The translations under genes and the position numbers were made by a program. Below are positions 63,623 to 64,000 of a DNA stretch of 64,000 bases, one piece after another. The DNA comes from Candidatus Fraserbacteria bacterium (GTDB lineage Bacteria; Bipolaricaulota; Bipolaricaulia; RBG-16-55-9; DRXL01), in contig JBBIUX010000001.1 in the NCBI GenBank assembly GCA_037440025.1, positions 11,700 through 75,699 on the forward strand, in the 5' to 3' direction. Within the stretch, counting starts at the first letter, position 1. Every line of letters starts with the position of its first letter. The notes under the pieces were generated by a model. That model worked only from the letters and a program-made list of their open reading frames with translations. It ran no database searches and was not told where the DNA came from.

Positions 63623-64000
63623 AAATTGAAGATCACAATCGCCACAGCACACAGCGCCGCCATGATTCCGTACAAGATCAGAACTGTCATGCGCTCGCTC
63701 AGCCCCAACGCTAAAATCTTGTGATGCACATGCCCACGATCAGCTTGGAGGATCGATCTCTTCTGTCTGAGACGACGCAGGATCGCCCAAGCTGTGTCAA
63801 AGATCGGCACGCCTAATAAGAGCATCGAGACGAGAAGCGGTACACCGTCAGCTCTTGCAGTATCAGCACTCTGCGTCGCTTGCACGGAGAGAACCGCGAG
63901 CCAGTAGCCGACATAGTGCGTCCCACCATCTCCCAGAAAGGCTGTCGCCGGTGCCCAGTTGAAGATCAAAAAGCCCAGCAAAACCCCGACAAAGCCCACC
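63619..64000 (-). CDS. MraY/WecA-family (GT4) polyprenyl-phosphate sugar-phosphate transferase, C-terminal part (gene runs off window end)
   Basis: ..FLGDGGTHYVGYWLAVLSV..VPIFDTAWAILRRL..RSILQADRGHVHHKIL. Confidence 0.75.
   Translation of the reverse strand, partial: VGFVGVLLGFLIFNWAPATAFLGDGGTHYVGYWLAVLSVQATQSADTARADGVPLLVSMLLLGVPIFDTAWAILRRLRQKRSILQADRGHVHHKILALGLSERMTVLILYGIMAALCAVAIVIFNF

Overview
GC-rich (high-50s % by eye, not computed) bacterial chromosomal segment with tight, often overlapping operons and AGGAGG-type ribosome-binding sites. Abundant GC-rich nested palindromes plus several archaeal-type enzymes suggest a Chloroflexota-like organism; this is inference only. 1-21.6 kb is housekeeping and redox genes. 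It includes an 8-kb same-strand cluster of two 2-oxoacid:ferredoxin oxidoreductases (POR-type and IOR-type), each carrying a GltD-like NAD(P)H flavoprotein module. 21.8-38.0 kb is an accessory island anchored on tRNA-Arg(GCG), in two parts. (i) A SNF2/DUF3883 helicase - DUF1156 Zn-ribbon adenine methylase - DUF499 ATPase operon has a MazF/RHH pair and a RelE/antitoxin pair wedged into both gene junctions, with overlapping or near-abutting stop/start codons. This is my top candidate for an uncharacterised defence system. (ii) A 6.0-kb integrase/prim-pol integrative element is bounded by perfect 123-bp direct repeats. The repeats duplicate the 5' 66 nt of the tRNA plus its consensus promoter, not the usual 3' end. 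38-47 kb holds an NYN protein, tRNA-Val and tRNA-Cys, a DUF4139 protein and a phosphohexomutase. It also holds a 3.7-kb array of small toxin-antitoxin cassettes punctuated by four copies of a 60-180-bp repeat: two HicAB pairs are intact, while two DUF5615 toxins and one HigB-like toxin are decayed. 47.8-64 kb holds ppsA and a divergent HTH-GalU-like regulator with shared operator-like boxes. It also holds an ABC-2 transporter interrupted by a GIY-YIG gene, a metal-resistance cluster, a cupin-type PGI and envelope polysaccharide genes. At least three families of palindromic MITE-like repeats (13 copies listed) are scattered through the window, and several are translated in frame inside or at the ends of CDSs. 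No rRNA, CRISPR array or transposase was seen. All domain calls come from reading the ORF translations by eye; no searches were run.
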